Assembly: GCF_000315625.1 (NCBI RefSeq)
Contig: NW_005434653.1
Location: 39,373-103,372 of the forward strand
From: Guillardia theta CCMP2712
Lineage: Eukaryota > Protista > Cryptophyta
Direction: 5' to 3'
Length of the DNA stretch: 64,000 bases
Below the pieces are notes generated by a model. It searched no databases. It saw only the letters and a program-made list of their open reading frames with translations, and was not told the DNA's origin. The stretch's first letter is position 1, and every line of letters starts with the position of its first letter. Below, in pieces: positions 12,143 to 24,327 of this stretch. The position numbers and the translations under genes are program-made.

Positions 12143-14767
12143 ATGGCATCTGAAGAGCGGCAGGCGCCCACCAAGAAGCCGACGGGTGAGCTGGACCCTG
12201 AGAGAGAGGCTCCTTGCCGTTTGACCTGAGGGCAGGGAAGAGGAACGACCCTTCCAACAAGAGGCCGCAGGACAAGAACCGTTTCCTGCATCCTGCAGAA
12301 ACCTCATGCTGGCAGGTCACCTGCCGTCTCCTGCAAGCGACTCCCTTACAGATGTGCAGAACGAGGTCAAGGAATGGACCTTCCATTACACGGAGAGGTT
12401 TCGAGTTGTTCCCCCCTACCGGTTCGAGTTCGGCACGTCGATCAAAGTCAGCCGGTGAGACTCTGTGAGGAGTCCACTGACAATGTGGATGCAGGCGAGA
12501 TGGGTGGGAAGGCTGCTCCTGGAGGTGTTCTCGCAGGTCAGACGAGGAGGAGGAGGTGGAGGTGGCAGCAGAGGGCTGACTTGACCCCACCAGGAATTTC
12601 CGTACTTTGAGGACTCGCTGCAGTACTACACCGAGGTGTGTGAAGAGGAGGAGGAGGAAAAGGAGGGAGAGGAAGAGGGAGGAGGAGGAGGAGGAGGAGG
12701 AGGAGGAGGAGGAGGAGGAGAAAACGAAGACGCGATAGATTGACTTGCCTTCAAGGCCATGGAGCTCGGCAGGCTGAGAGTGAACGACGAGAAGGCGAGC
12801 AAAGGTTAGTCATGATGGCCTCTTGATACAGGTAGTCCAACATGAGCCTTGTAGATTACCGGTGTCGGGATGGAGATGTTATCACGCATCATGTCCATCG
12901 GCATGAGGTGNNNNNNNNNNNNNNNNNNNNNNNNNNNNNNNNNNNNNNNNNNNNNNNNNNNNNNNNNNNNNNNNNNNNNNNNNNNNNNNNNNNNNNNNNN
13001 NNNNNNNNNNTCTCCTTTCTTCGCCTCGGCTCGCCTCCGCCTCCTTCTCCTCCTCCTTCCCCCGCCATATCATTCTCTTTCTCTTTCTCTTTCTCTTTCT
13101 CTTTCTCTTTCTCCTCCTCCTCCTCCTCCTCCTCCTCCTCCTCCACTACCAACCCCAACCCTCTCTCCCATCGCCGCCGCTGCCACCACCACATCACCAC
13201 TTCATCATCAGCATCAACATCATCATCGTTGTCAAGTCTCCTTAGCTCATGCGAACACATCACTATTCTTTCCCTTCAATCTTTCACTTCATCTGCTCAT
13301 TTAATTTTGTTCGCCTTCAGCCGCCCGTCACGAGTGAAAAGATCGTGATCATCTCAGATAGCGATGGGATTTTGGCAGTGAACAAGCCCTCATCCATTCC
13401 CATCCATCCAGGCGGAAGGTCAGTCAAGTTCTGCTGAGATAAGGCCTCAGACGTCTTATCAGGTATCGCCGAAACTCGCTGCTCGCTATCCTTGCCAAGG
13501 TGAAGAACCTCCTGGTCGATGTCAGCGACGATGATCGGGTAACGACAGGAGCACAACATGTTTGACCTCCATACGGTTCATCGTCTTGATCGTCTGACCT
13601 CTGGCCTCTTGCTTTTCGGTCCGTGCCTTTCGTCCCCGTCCGCTCTCGCTCAGTCTCCTTCCAGGTCGATCGAAGGCTGTCGCAGAGATGTTCCGGCGTG
13701 AGTTCGAGGACGGCAACGTGCAGAAGCAGTACCTCGCTCGAGTTGCCTGCCCTGCCTCTCTCCCCTCCTCTCACCTTCACCAGGTCCTCGGGCATGTGCC
13801 CCCGGGAACGACGCTGGTGGATCAGCCGTTGGCTTGCAAGAACCACCGGGAGGCCATACATGAGATCAGCTCCGACGTGAGTCGAACGCGGGAGGGGCTG
13901 GTGCTGATGACATGCCAGGGGAAACCTTCGCAGACTCGCGTCACGCTGCTGGCGACTGGTGTAGGCGAGCTGGAGGGACAGTCGCTGGTGCTGTGTGAGC
14001 CGTTGACCGGTCGAACTCATCAGATTCGCCTCCACCTGCAGTAGCTGAACAAGACGTCGGTCGCCCTGTGCTCACCATCGCCCAGGTGGCTCGGATGCCC
14101 CATCGCCAATGATCCGCTCTATGGCCCTGCTGGAGTCGGAAGCACGTCCACAGCAGAGCAGTCTGCTGATCCGCCAGGCGAGCATGAAGCGACTTGCTCT
14201 GTCGGAGAGGCAGACAGCCAAGACGCTGTGGGCAAGCGAGACCTTGACACTGCTCTACCTCGAACGAACAAGAAGAGAAGAACAGAGCTGGGCATCATCT
14301 CCGAGGTCTTTCTCCTCCATCTCTCTCCCCCCGCTCGCTCACCTGCAGCTCTGGCAGGAATCAGCTCGCCATGACGAGTCGTTGAACCTCGACGCCAACG
14401 GGTGGATGGATGCAGGAAGGACTTGAGGCTGAGGCAGAAACTCCGCTGACTGAGGTGGCTCGTGCAGACTGCATCCACTGCCGCGCTTGTCGTGCTGAGG
14501 GCTGCAAGGGATACTATGTTCCCCTCAAGAAGAAGGTGGGAAGGAGGGGGATGAGAATTAGTGACATCAACCCAGCATGATGACTCCAACGCCATGCTCA
14601 TATGGCTTCATGCCTTGACAAACAAGGTGGCGAAAGGAGAGGAAGAGGACTGCGAATTTATGCTGATGCAGGGGGCGACGTGGAGCTTCAGGACTCCTTT
14701 CCCATCATGGGCCGAAGAGTTTGAAGGTGCTGGAAACTGTTTCAGGTTGATTGCAAACTCAATATGA
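12143..14767 (+). CDS. RluA-family pseudouridine synthase (RPUSD2/Pus9-like), multi-exon
   Basis: HHVHRHE-PPV, AVNKPSSIPIHPGGR, catalytic HRLDRLTSGLLLF, KQYLARV, PLTGRTHQIRLHLQ, PIANDPLY, IWLHAL. Confidence 0.95.
12911..13010. other. Assembly gap (100 N) within an intron
   Basis: Run of n next to a CT-rich microsatellite. Confidence 0.99.
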
Positions 14768-14839
14768 TGAACAGAAGCATCGCAGTTGCTGTCAAAGATC
14801 GATAAGCTTGAACAGGCAAAATGAACTCTGGCATGCAAG

Positions 14840-14983
14840 ACTGGCATCCTTTATGATATCCTTTCTCTTGTTCCCTTTGGTTTCCTACTGGCATCCTTCT
14901 GATATCCTTTCTCTTCTTCCCTTTCGTTTCCTACTGGCATCCTTATGATATCCTTTCTCTTCTTCCCTTTCGTTTCCTACTGG
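14840..14983. repeat. ~46-47-bp tandem repeat, 3 copies
   Basis: Unit actggcatcctt(a/c)tgatatcctttctctt(c/g)ttcccttt(c/g)gtttcct. Confidence 0.9.
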
Positions 14984-15404
14984 ATTTACTCCTGGCAACA
15001 TGATCGTCCTACGGTCCTCGCCAAACTTGTTTCAGCAAACCTCCCCTGCCGCAGCATCGCTGTTGTTTCTCCTGCATTTGATCTTCGTCTTCCTGCTGCC
15101 AGCTGCGAGCGAGCAATCGCAGCTGCGCGAAGATGACCGCGTTTGCTGGCTTTCTACATAAGACTCGTGAGCTCTCCGGTTCCTTCCTAGTCGCTGACAG
15201 CAAGTCGAGAAGGAAAGCTCAAGGTGGCAGATAGAAAGGACAGAGAGAGTATAGTGCTGTATGGTAACTGAAATGCAACAGACCTCTTTGATTGTTGATC
15301 ATCATTTTTAACTTAGGAATACAAGTAGTTATCATATGCAACATTTGGATCACTTAATCTTGCATTTACACATGTCACTGCTGCAAGGATTGTCGAGAGT
15401 AAAG

Positions 15405-15695
15405 TCAGTCTGGAGTAAATTTCAAAGGCTGGGAGGCAGTTGCGAACTCTGTGGATGACACGCTCGCGTGTTTGGCTCTTGCTAACTGAATGCTTCTGAG
15501 AAGAACCTTCCCTTCCCCGTCATCCACCGAAGGCCTTCTGCAAGATAGACGGCTGAGCGCTTGCGAGTTGAAATGTTGTCTTACGTAAGCCCGTTGGGTG
15601 TGATTGAGGTGAAAGGCTCTTGTCGGCCGTGAGGAAGTTGTCTGAGAGTCGCAGTGCTCCAGGAAGAGAATGTAGGATGAGGGTGCAGGAGACAT
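15405..15695 (-). CDS. Small hypothetical protein (96 aa), diverged paralogue of the 87-aa pair
   Basis: MSPAPSSYILFLE...RAFHLNHTQRAYV...LSCRR...DDGEGKVLLRSIQLA aligns with SFVLLNE...KAFRLNAAQQAYV...LSHRK-DDGKGELVLQSISQA. Confidence 0.75.
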   Translation of the reverse strand: MSPAPSSYILFLEHCDSQTTSSRPTRAFHLNHTQRAYVRQHFNSQALSRLSCRRPSVDDGEGKVLLRSIQLARAKHASVSSTEFATASQPLKFTPD

Positions 15696-15709
15696 TGGAA
15701 GACAATCCA

Positions 15710-15856
15710 AAGTTGCAACACCAACCAGAACGCAATGCTGTACGGTTGTTGAACACACAAGTGGCAACACCAATCAGAACGCAATGCTGTACGGTTGTTG
15801 AACACACAAGTTGCAACACTAATCAGAACGCAATGCTGTACAGTTGTTGAACACAC
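15710..15856. repeat. 49-bp tandem repeat, 3 copies, immediately upstream of the 15695 ATG
   Basis: Unit aagttgcaacaccaaccagaacgcaatgctgtacggttgttgaacacac at 15710, 15759 and 15808. Confidence 0.95.
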
Positions 15857-15859
15857 AAC

Positions 15860-16620
15860 CTCCGGTACCTCGGATGACCAAGAGTAGCGGGAGCAACGGT
15901 ACGAGATAGCACGAAAACAGCCACGTTGATTGTTTCGAAACTTATTTTAAAAATGTCAGCATTGCCCAACCTAAGGGTGGGGTGGTTTTCATAGTCTGTG
16001 GCAGGGTACTTCGGACTGAGCAAGAAATGTACTTCGAAGGGGGGTACGGTCGTCAGTGGGGAATGAGGGGGGTAGGGGGTGGCCGAAGCTGCGCCGTGAC
16101 GCCAGTTGATTGGCCCAAGGGTCAGCAGGGGACGAGCCTCCGACCTCCGAAGCCTCCGAAGCCTCTGAGGAGCCCGGGATCAAGTTGCGGGCTCGCCGCG
16201 GCCGACCCGGACCCGGAGTCGACTCAGGAGTCGACTGAGCTCACTGAGTGGCACTCCGAAACTCAGGCTCCGATGGCCGGGCCGGGCGGCACGCGGCGGC
16301 GCGGCCTGCCGCAGTGCCGCAGCCTCCGAGACACACTGGCAGTCACTGAGTGCCCCGGCGACTCACTGTCAGCGCCGGCCCCCCCCGTCCCGCCCCTGAC
16401 AGTGAGCCGGGCGCGCCGGGGCCCGGGCTGCCGCGGCGCGGGCCGCCGGCACTGCAGATGCCGCCTCAGTGGCCGCCGGGCGGCGGCGGGGGAGATGCCA
16501 GTTTGTGAGAAGAAGAACCACTGCGATCAAACGATCGAGGATGTCGGAACATTTCTATCCAACTAGGAGCATTTCACACCCCCGGCCCGAGGCTTCGATC
16601 ACAGGATCAAGTTGACTGAC
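15860..16620. other. Non-coding motif island (GGGTA arm + GC core)
   Basis: Same vocabulary as the other islands: ccgg, ggcc, gagtc, cactg/cagtg, ctcag, tcaagtt. Confidence 0.6.
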
Positions 16621-17414
16621 CTTTAAACACAGGCCCTCTCAACAAGAACTAGCGCTGAAATTTCTCTACTGAGAGGAAAGCAGAGTGACAAGAAGGAGAT
16701 CTATCTCTCTTTATCCTCACAGACAGAGCAATGTCAGAAACAATATGTGATTTGAATAAACTTAGCCTGAATGACCCGGCCCACCGGGGTTGTCTGACTG
16801 AGCGTAGTCTTATGTGCATCAAGTGTGGTAGACTTTGACCAACTCTGACGAAGTGACATGAGATTGTCCGGAGCAAGGGTAATACAGTGCATCAGTCCAT
16901 TCACACGATAAGCGAGAGGACAGCTGAATGCATATCGGTAGTATCTGTGGAATCATGTTTATGATAATGGATCATCATCATGCCCTAATGCACTCTTGCC
17001 ATGCAGTCAACCGTAGGAGTGGCAGTAGGCAGCAAAGAGAGCAAAAAGAGTTCAACCTTGCATAACTTGCCATCACGCCATCGCATCCTAGTTGAGTTGT
17101 AGTTCAAACAGACAGGACATCATCATCGTGCTTACGAATACAGATTTCTCGACTACTTGGACCTGCTTTCCGAAGAACAAGAGCCTCGGACATGTTCTGA
17201 TCACGCAGCTATCAATGCTTCAACAGACTCTTACAATCGAGGTATTTATTCATAATCTCAGTACAAAATTGAAGATCAGTCGGTCCTGTGACTGACATGA
17301 CACAGGCATGGAATGGATGCAAAGAAAGCAGCACCGTAAGCCAAAAGTTTAGTGTACAATCAAATCATTGATTCGAACAAAAATACAACAAGTGATAAAG
17401 TTGGCCACTCCACT

Positions 17415-17672
17415 TCACAAAGCAACCTCGATCCCCATGCAGTTGGTAATTGTCGCGTGATTTTGGATGAGATGAATAGCAGATCTGAGGCATCGTAGCT
17501 GCTTCTGCCGCGAAGGTCCCTCAAGGTCGAGGTCTAGTTTGCCTCTTCTACGCTGAGGTGAACTTCTTGCATCCTCGCTCGACCCCATCGAGGACATCCA
17601 GTCCAACACTCGTCCATCGTCCAAGACTTCAGTGTCAAGGGAAAACGATTCTTCAAAATCCCTTTGCGCCAT
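17415..17672 (-). CDS. Possible small intronless hypothetical protein (85 aa, MAQRDFEESF...)
   Basis: ATG-TGA ORF with protein-like composition, positioned downstream of an island like its neighbours. No homology recognised. Confidence 0.45.
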   Translation of the reverse strand: MAQRDFEESFSLDTEVLDDGRVLDWMSSMGSSEDARSSPQRRRGKLDLDLEGPSRQKQLRCLRSAIHLIQNHATITNCMGIEVAL

Positions 17673-17859
17673 GAAGTGATCTGTGGGAGGTAGTCGAGCC
17701 TTGACGCGCAATTCAAAGATGATGCCTGAGGGTAGAAGCAGCAGCAAGAGAAGCAGCAGCAGCAGCAGCAGCAGCAGGGACAAGGCAGCAGGGGCAAGAA
17801 GGCAGTAGAAGGAAGTGGAGGAAGAAATAAAGATGAGGGGGGCAAGGGTTTCTCTATTT

Positions 17860-18980
17860 CACAGCTTAAAACCGCACAATCTTTACAGCTGTTGCAACCC
17901 TTTATTGAACTACCCCACCCCTCCTTCGACAGAGAGACCGAGGGTGCATGAGGGGTACTGCTGCAAGGGGCTCGTTTGGGTCACAACTCAAATGATGAGT
18001 TACGGCAGATGACTTGAAGTCCCCCCCGGGCCCGCAAACCGTTTAGGTTATCGTCCGATGAGTGAAAAAGAACTGAAGTGACTGGTACTAAGGCACTGCC
18101 CTGTAACTTGAATCAGCCTGTCTCCAGGCACGGTACAGCATGACCGTGAAGGAGGCTGGTCACGCCGCCGGACACACCGTCCATGCGCTCGTACGGTCAC
18201 GGCGCGCGGCGGCGACTCACAGCCGCTGAGCGGCGCCCGGGCCCGACTCCGTCGGACCGCCACTGTCAGCGGGCAGGCCGCCCGGGGGCCCGGGCCCGGG
18301 TCGGGCCCGCGGGGGAGGGGGGGGCGGTCATGATACCGGCGTACGGCAGTACGGTACGACGGTACGCCGGTCACTCCGTAGTACCGTCGCCGGCGCCCAA
18401 ACTCGGGGATTCCCCCGCGGCCCGGGCGGCGAGCCTCCGAGTCATCCCCAGTTAGCCGCTACTACTACCGCCTGCCAGTCACGATGATGAACTGCCGCAG
18501 CCCCCCCGTAGTGCACTGAGCCGCCGCAGTGCACGGACTCATCCGGGAACTCGGAACTGCGGGCCGGCCCGGCCAGTTGACTCAGTGAGTTCGCCCGGAC
18601 GGTTACGGTAGAACGGTAGTACTGAGCGTCACTACTACTAGAGTCAGTCACGGCACCGGGGGCTCAGTGAGCCTCGGCGGCGGCTCGCCGGGCGGCGCAC
18701 ACGAGCCTCTGAGGCCGCAGGATCTTGGTCTGCTGATCAAGTTGGTTGACGCCTAGTACTCTAGTAGTTCACAGTCTGCTACCGCAGTGTACAGACGTAG
18801 AACACTGAGTGGCAGAGTCAGAAATGATTCCAATAGACTCGCTGAGCACTCGGGCCGGCGGCGGCGGTTCAGCTGCCGCCCTTCCGGGCACGGTTGGTAT
18901 GAACTAACATTTATCACCGTGATCGATCACCGGATCACACCAACTTAGTGGGTATGAATATGGATATCGATCACGCTAAT
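17860..18980. other. Non-coding motif island
   Basis: GC core with cccggg, ggcc, gtacgg, actact, gactc, cagtg and tgatca words. Confidence 0.6.
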
Positions 18981-18983
18981 GCT

Positions 18984-20213
18984 TCATCGTTCGTCTAGGT
19001 CTATTAGTCGCAGAAGGTTTAAAAGAGTCTGGACCTCCGCCACCCGTGCAGCATCGCCGAAATGATTTTCAGTGTCGCCAGTGATTCTGTTGCTTCCCTG
19101 AGAGCGATCGAGCAAGAGCTGCTCGTGATCCAGCAGGTAGATGTTCAGCTTCCTCTTGGACCTGCCTCTCTCGCCGCAGCAAGCTTGCATAGCCCTTACG
19201 GCTCGATCAGCAGTCTGCCGTGAGACCCCAAACGAGGTGATGCTCGGAGAAGCTTTCCAGCTAGCGATCTTGGCACTTTCCCACACCGAACCATTCACGA
19301 AGAGCAGACTTTTTGCGATGTTGTTTACGGCCCTGATAGCAGGAACAATGTTGCTCCCAGACGAATAGGGCGCAGTCCTCCATATCCCGTGCGGTGTCTT
19401 GCCCATACTGCACAAGTCACAGACCGCAGTCTGCAGGCAGAGGACGAATCTGTCTGGACACTCCCCGACGCATCGAGACCCGTGATCGATCACGTGATGC
19501 AGACCGTAACCCAACATGACCTGAGTGTACGCCTCCCCCGCTCGACGGACCACATGGCATTTCCCTGGTCCGTGCACATACACACCCTCGTTCCAAAAGA
19601 AATGTAGAGAGCTGCTTCTATTGCGCTGCTTGTATTCTCTGTGCAGCTGGTCGTGCCATCCTGTGGACAGCTTGCTGTTAGCAATGCTGCGAAACCCTTT
19701 CTGACTTGAAAGCAAGACATCGAAAGTGTTTGTTAAACGACGAGTCAAAGAGTCCCCGTTAAGCGACAAGTGCTTTCCATTCATAATTTCATGTGCTTGA
19801 CGCCAGTCAAACATTCGAAAACCGCATTTGAGGGGTGACTGAGACACAAACACATCTGCAAGCCAGTACCCCTTGGTGATGCTCGAGATACATGCTCGCA
19901 CGTCATGATCCTGGAGCAATCTAGAGAATGACTTTAACCCTGGACGCATCCAACTATTGGCCAGCAGAGTAGTCAACCTTGTCTTATCTAGAGGCAAGCT
20001 CTTATTCTGAGCCGATTCTGCATCGAGCACCTCCGCTGCCATGGATGGAGATGAGCTATGTGACGTGTTTGATCCCGTCTGGTTGATCGGATACAGACGC
20101 GAGGAAGCCTCAGGCTCATGGAGAGCTGACTCACCCTCACGGGGCCCTAGCCTCGCCATAACGATGACGCCAACGACTACTCCAGCCATGAATCCTACCC
20201 CGCTGCGCGCCAT
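18984..20213 (-). CDS. Intronless SGNH/PC-esterase-like protein (putative acyl-esterase/O-acyltransferase) with N-terminal membrane anchor, 409 aa
   Basis: N-terminal hydrophobic helix. CGFRMFDWRQAHEIMNGKHLSLNGDSLTRRL matches the C-x-F...GDS block of the PC-esterase/NXPE/Cas1p-like families. C-terminal GDTENHF is a candidate Asp-His motif. Confidence 0.75.
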   Translation of the reverse strand: MARSGVGFMAGVVVGVIVMARLGPREGESALHEPEASSRLYPINQTGSNTSHSSSPSMAAEVLDAESAQNKSLPLDKTRLTTLLANSWMRPGLKSFSRLLQDHDVRACISSITKGYWLADVFVSQSPLKCGFRMFDWRQAHEIMNGKHLSLNGDSLTRRLTNTFDVLLSSQKGFRSIANSKLSTGWHDQLHREYKQRNRSSSLHFFWNEGVYVHGPGKCHVVRRAGEAYTQVMLGYGLHHVIDHGSRCVGECPDRFVLCLQTAVCDLCSMGKTPHGIWRTAPYSSGSNIVPAIRAVNNIAKSLLFVNGSVWESAKIASWKASPSITSFGVSRQTADRAVRAMQACCGERGRSKRKLNIYLLDHEQLLLDRSQGSNRITGDTENHFGDAARVAEVQTLLNLLRLIDLDER

Positions 20214-20219
20214 GAAGAG

Positions 20220-20880
20220 ACCCAGTAGGGTTTAAAGTTGATAGGGAAACACCCCTCCTCAGTACGCTAACTACTACTAATAGTTACTACTACAGCAAAA
20301 ATGAACAGCGTAGTGCCCACTTTAGTTAACCATGAGGAAGGGGTTAAAAAGATTAGGTTACCCAGTTTAATTTTGATCGTTTAACTTGAAGAATGATCTA
20401 GGTTGGGGTGGACAGCAGTCGGCAGGATTCGGTTTTGGTTCTCGCTGTCTTTTCTCTTCTCGCCGTTTGGCCGGGGCGGCCCTGTGACTGGCGGCGGCGA
20501 CAGTGTCAGGGTCAAGCCTCCTCGACTCTCCTGATTGTCCTCGTACTGATTTTAACTTAACTTTGAGTAAAGGTGATCCGGAGGCTAGTTGAAGAATGAT
20601 CTAGGTTAGGCTAGTGGCCCAGGCTCGGATCACTGGGCCGATATCAACTTGGCTGGCAAGGTCACGCCGGGTGCTATGCCAGTCCGACCGTGGGTCTTTG
20701 TGGGTCACTAGTGACTCAGTCCGACTGTCCGATCAAACCGTCCGAACGGTCAGAGCCTGTGGCAAGTTCCGAAGTTGAACTTCAACGGCCAAGTTGGCCG
20801 CCGCCGGCCGGCAGTTGACCGGGCCGGCCGACCGGAAGTTCCGAGCGACCCGGGTACTGAAACGGGCAAATGCCGGAATT
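20220..20880. other. Non-coding motif island
   Basis: Same vocabulary. Contains an internal 19-bp direct repeat ttgaagaatgatctaggtt (20386, 20589) and a 32-bp segment shared with 45354-45386. Confidence 0.6.
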
Positions 20881-20912
20881 AGATCATGGAGGGCAGGAGG
20901 GAGGCGTTGGTA

Positions 20913-21657
20913 GAGGCGAGGGATAGTAGAGGCGAGGGATAGGAGAGGCGAGGGATAGGAGAGGCGAGGGATAGGAGAGGCGAGGGATAGTAGAGGCGAG
21001 GGATAGGAGAGGCGAGGGATAGTAGAGGCGAGGGATAGTAGAGGCGAGGGATAGTAGAGGCGAGGGATAGTAGAGGCGAGGGATAGTAGAGGCGAGGGAG
21101 GGATAGTAGAGGCGAGGGATAGGAGAGGCGAGGGATAGGATAGGCGAGGGATAGTAGAGGCGAGGGATAGTAGAGGCGAGGGATAGTAGAGGCGAGGGAT
21201 AGTAGAGGCGAGGGATAGGATAGGCGAGGGATAGTAGAGGCGAGGGATAGTAGAGGCGAGGGATAGTAGAGGCGAGGGATAGTAGAGGCGAGGGATAGTA
21301 GAGGCGAGGGATAGTAGAGGCGAGGGATAGTAGAGGCGAGGGATAGTAGAGGCGAGGGAGGGATAGTAGAGGCGAGGGATAGTAGAGGCGAGGGATAGTA
21401 GAGGCGAGGGATAGTAGAGGCGAGGGATAGTAGAGGCGAGGGATAGGATAGGCGAGGGATAGGAGAGGCGAGGGATAGGAGAGGCGAGGGATAGGAGAGG
21501 CGAGGGATAGTAGAGGCGAGGGATAGTAGAGGCGAGGGATAGTAGAGGCGAGGGATAGTAGAGGCGAGGGATAGTAGAGGCGAGGGATAGTAGAGGCGAG
21601 GGATAGTAGAGGCGAGGGATAGTAGAGGCGAGGGATAGGAGAGACGAGGGATAGTAG
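20913..21657 (+). repeat. 16-bp minisatellite (GAGGCGAGGGATAG[T/G]A), ~46 copies
   Basis: Direct reading. Variants include TAGGCG and a GAGG insertion at ~21097 and ~21357. Confidence 0.97.
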
Positions 21658-21727
21658 GTCAGGAAGGGGATCAGTTGCACCAGACTACTATCACCTTTCT
21701 AAATTGCCTCTGACATGAAGTGAGAAG

Positions 21728-24007
<2,280 letters not shown>

Positions 24008-24327
24008 ATGAGCGAGGGAGGAAAAAGGATGAGGAGGAGGAGGAAAAGGTTGTGGTGGAGGGGACAAGGGAGAAGGAGGGGAGGAGTTGGAACAAGTTTC
24101 AAGTGGTTAGATGGCCGCGAGACGGGTCAGCTGTGATCGATGTGAATCGATAGGGGAGAGCGCGGAGTTGATGTGTCTGAATGAGATCAGGGGGAGCGAG
24201 GGAATGGACTTGCGGAGGATGAGCAGGAGGATGGAGCTGGTGGCGTTGGGGATGAAAGAGATTGAAACAGGAGGAGGAAGATCAAGAAGGAGAGGAGGAC
24301 TGAGAGTACTCTGGATGTTTTATTAAA

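Noticed and set aside
12842-13348. ORFs spanning the N gaps (also 43497-44129)
   Set aside because: Artefacts of reading through unknown bases in repeat-rich introns.
15982-16566. Pro/Arg/Gly-rich ORFs in islands (also 18048-18651, 45272-45709, 53174-54255)
   Set aside because: Expected by chance in stop-poor GC-rich DNA; no domains and mostly non-ATG starts.
16640-17330. Possible small spliced gene on the minus strand
   Set aside because: Some splice-like sites exist, but no coherent model could be supported.
20733-21680. 315-aa ORF (YYPSPLLSLASTIPRL repeats)
   Set aside because: It is the translation of the 16-bp minisatellite, with no ATG start and no unique coding sequence.
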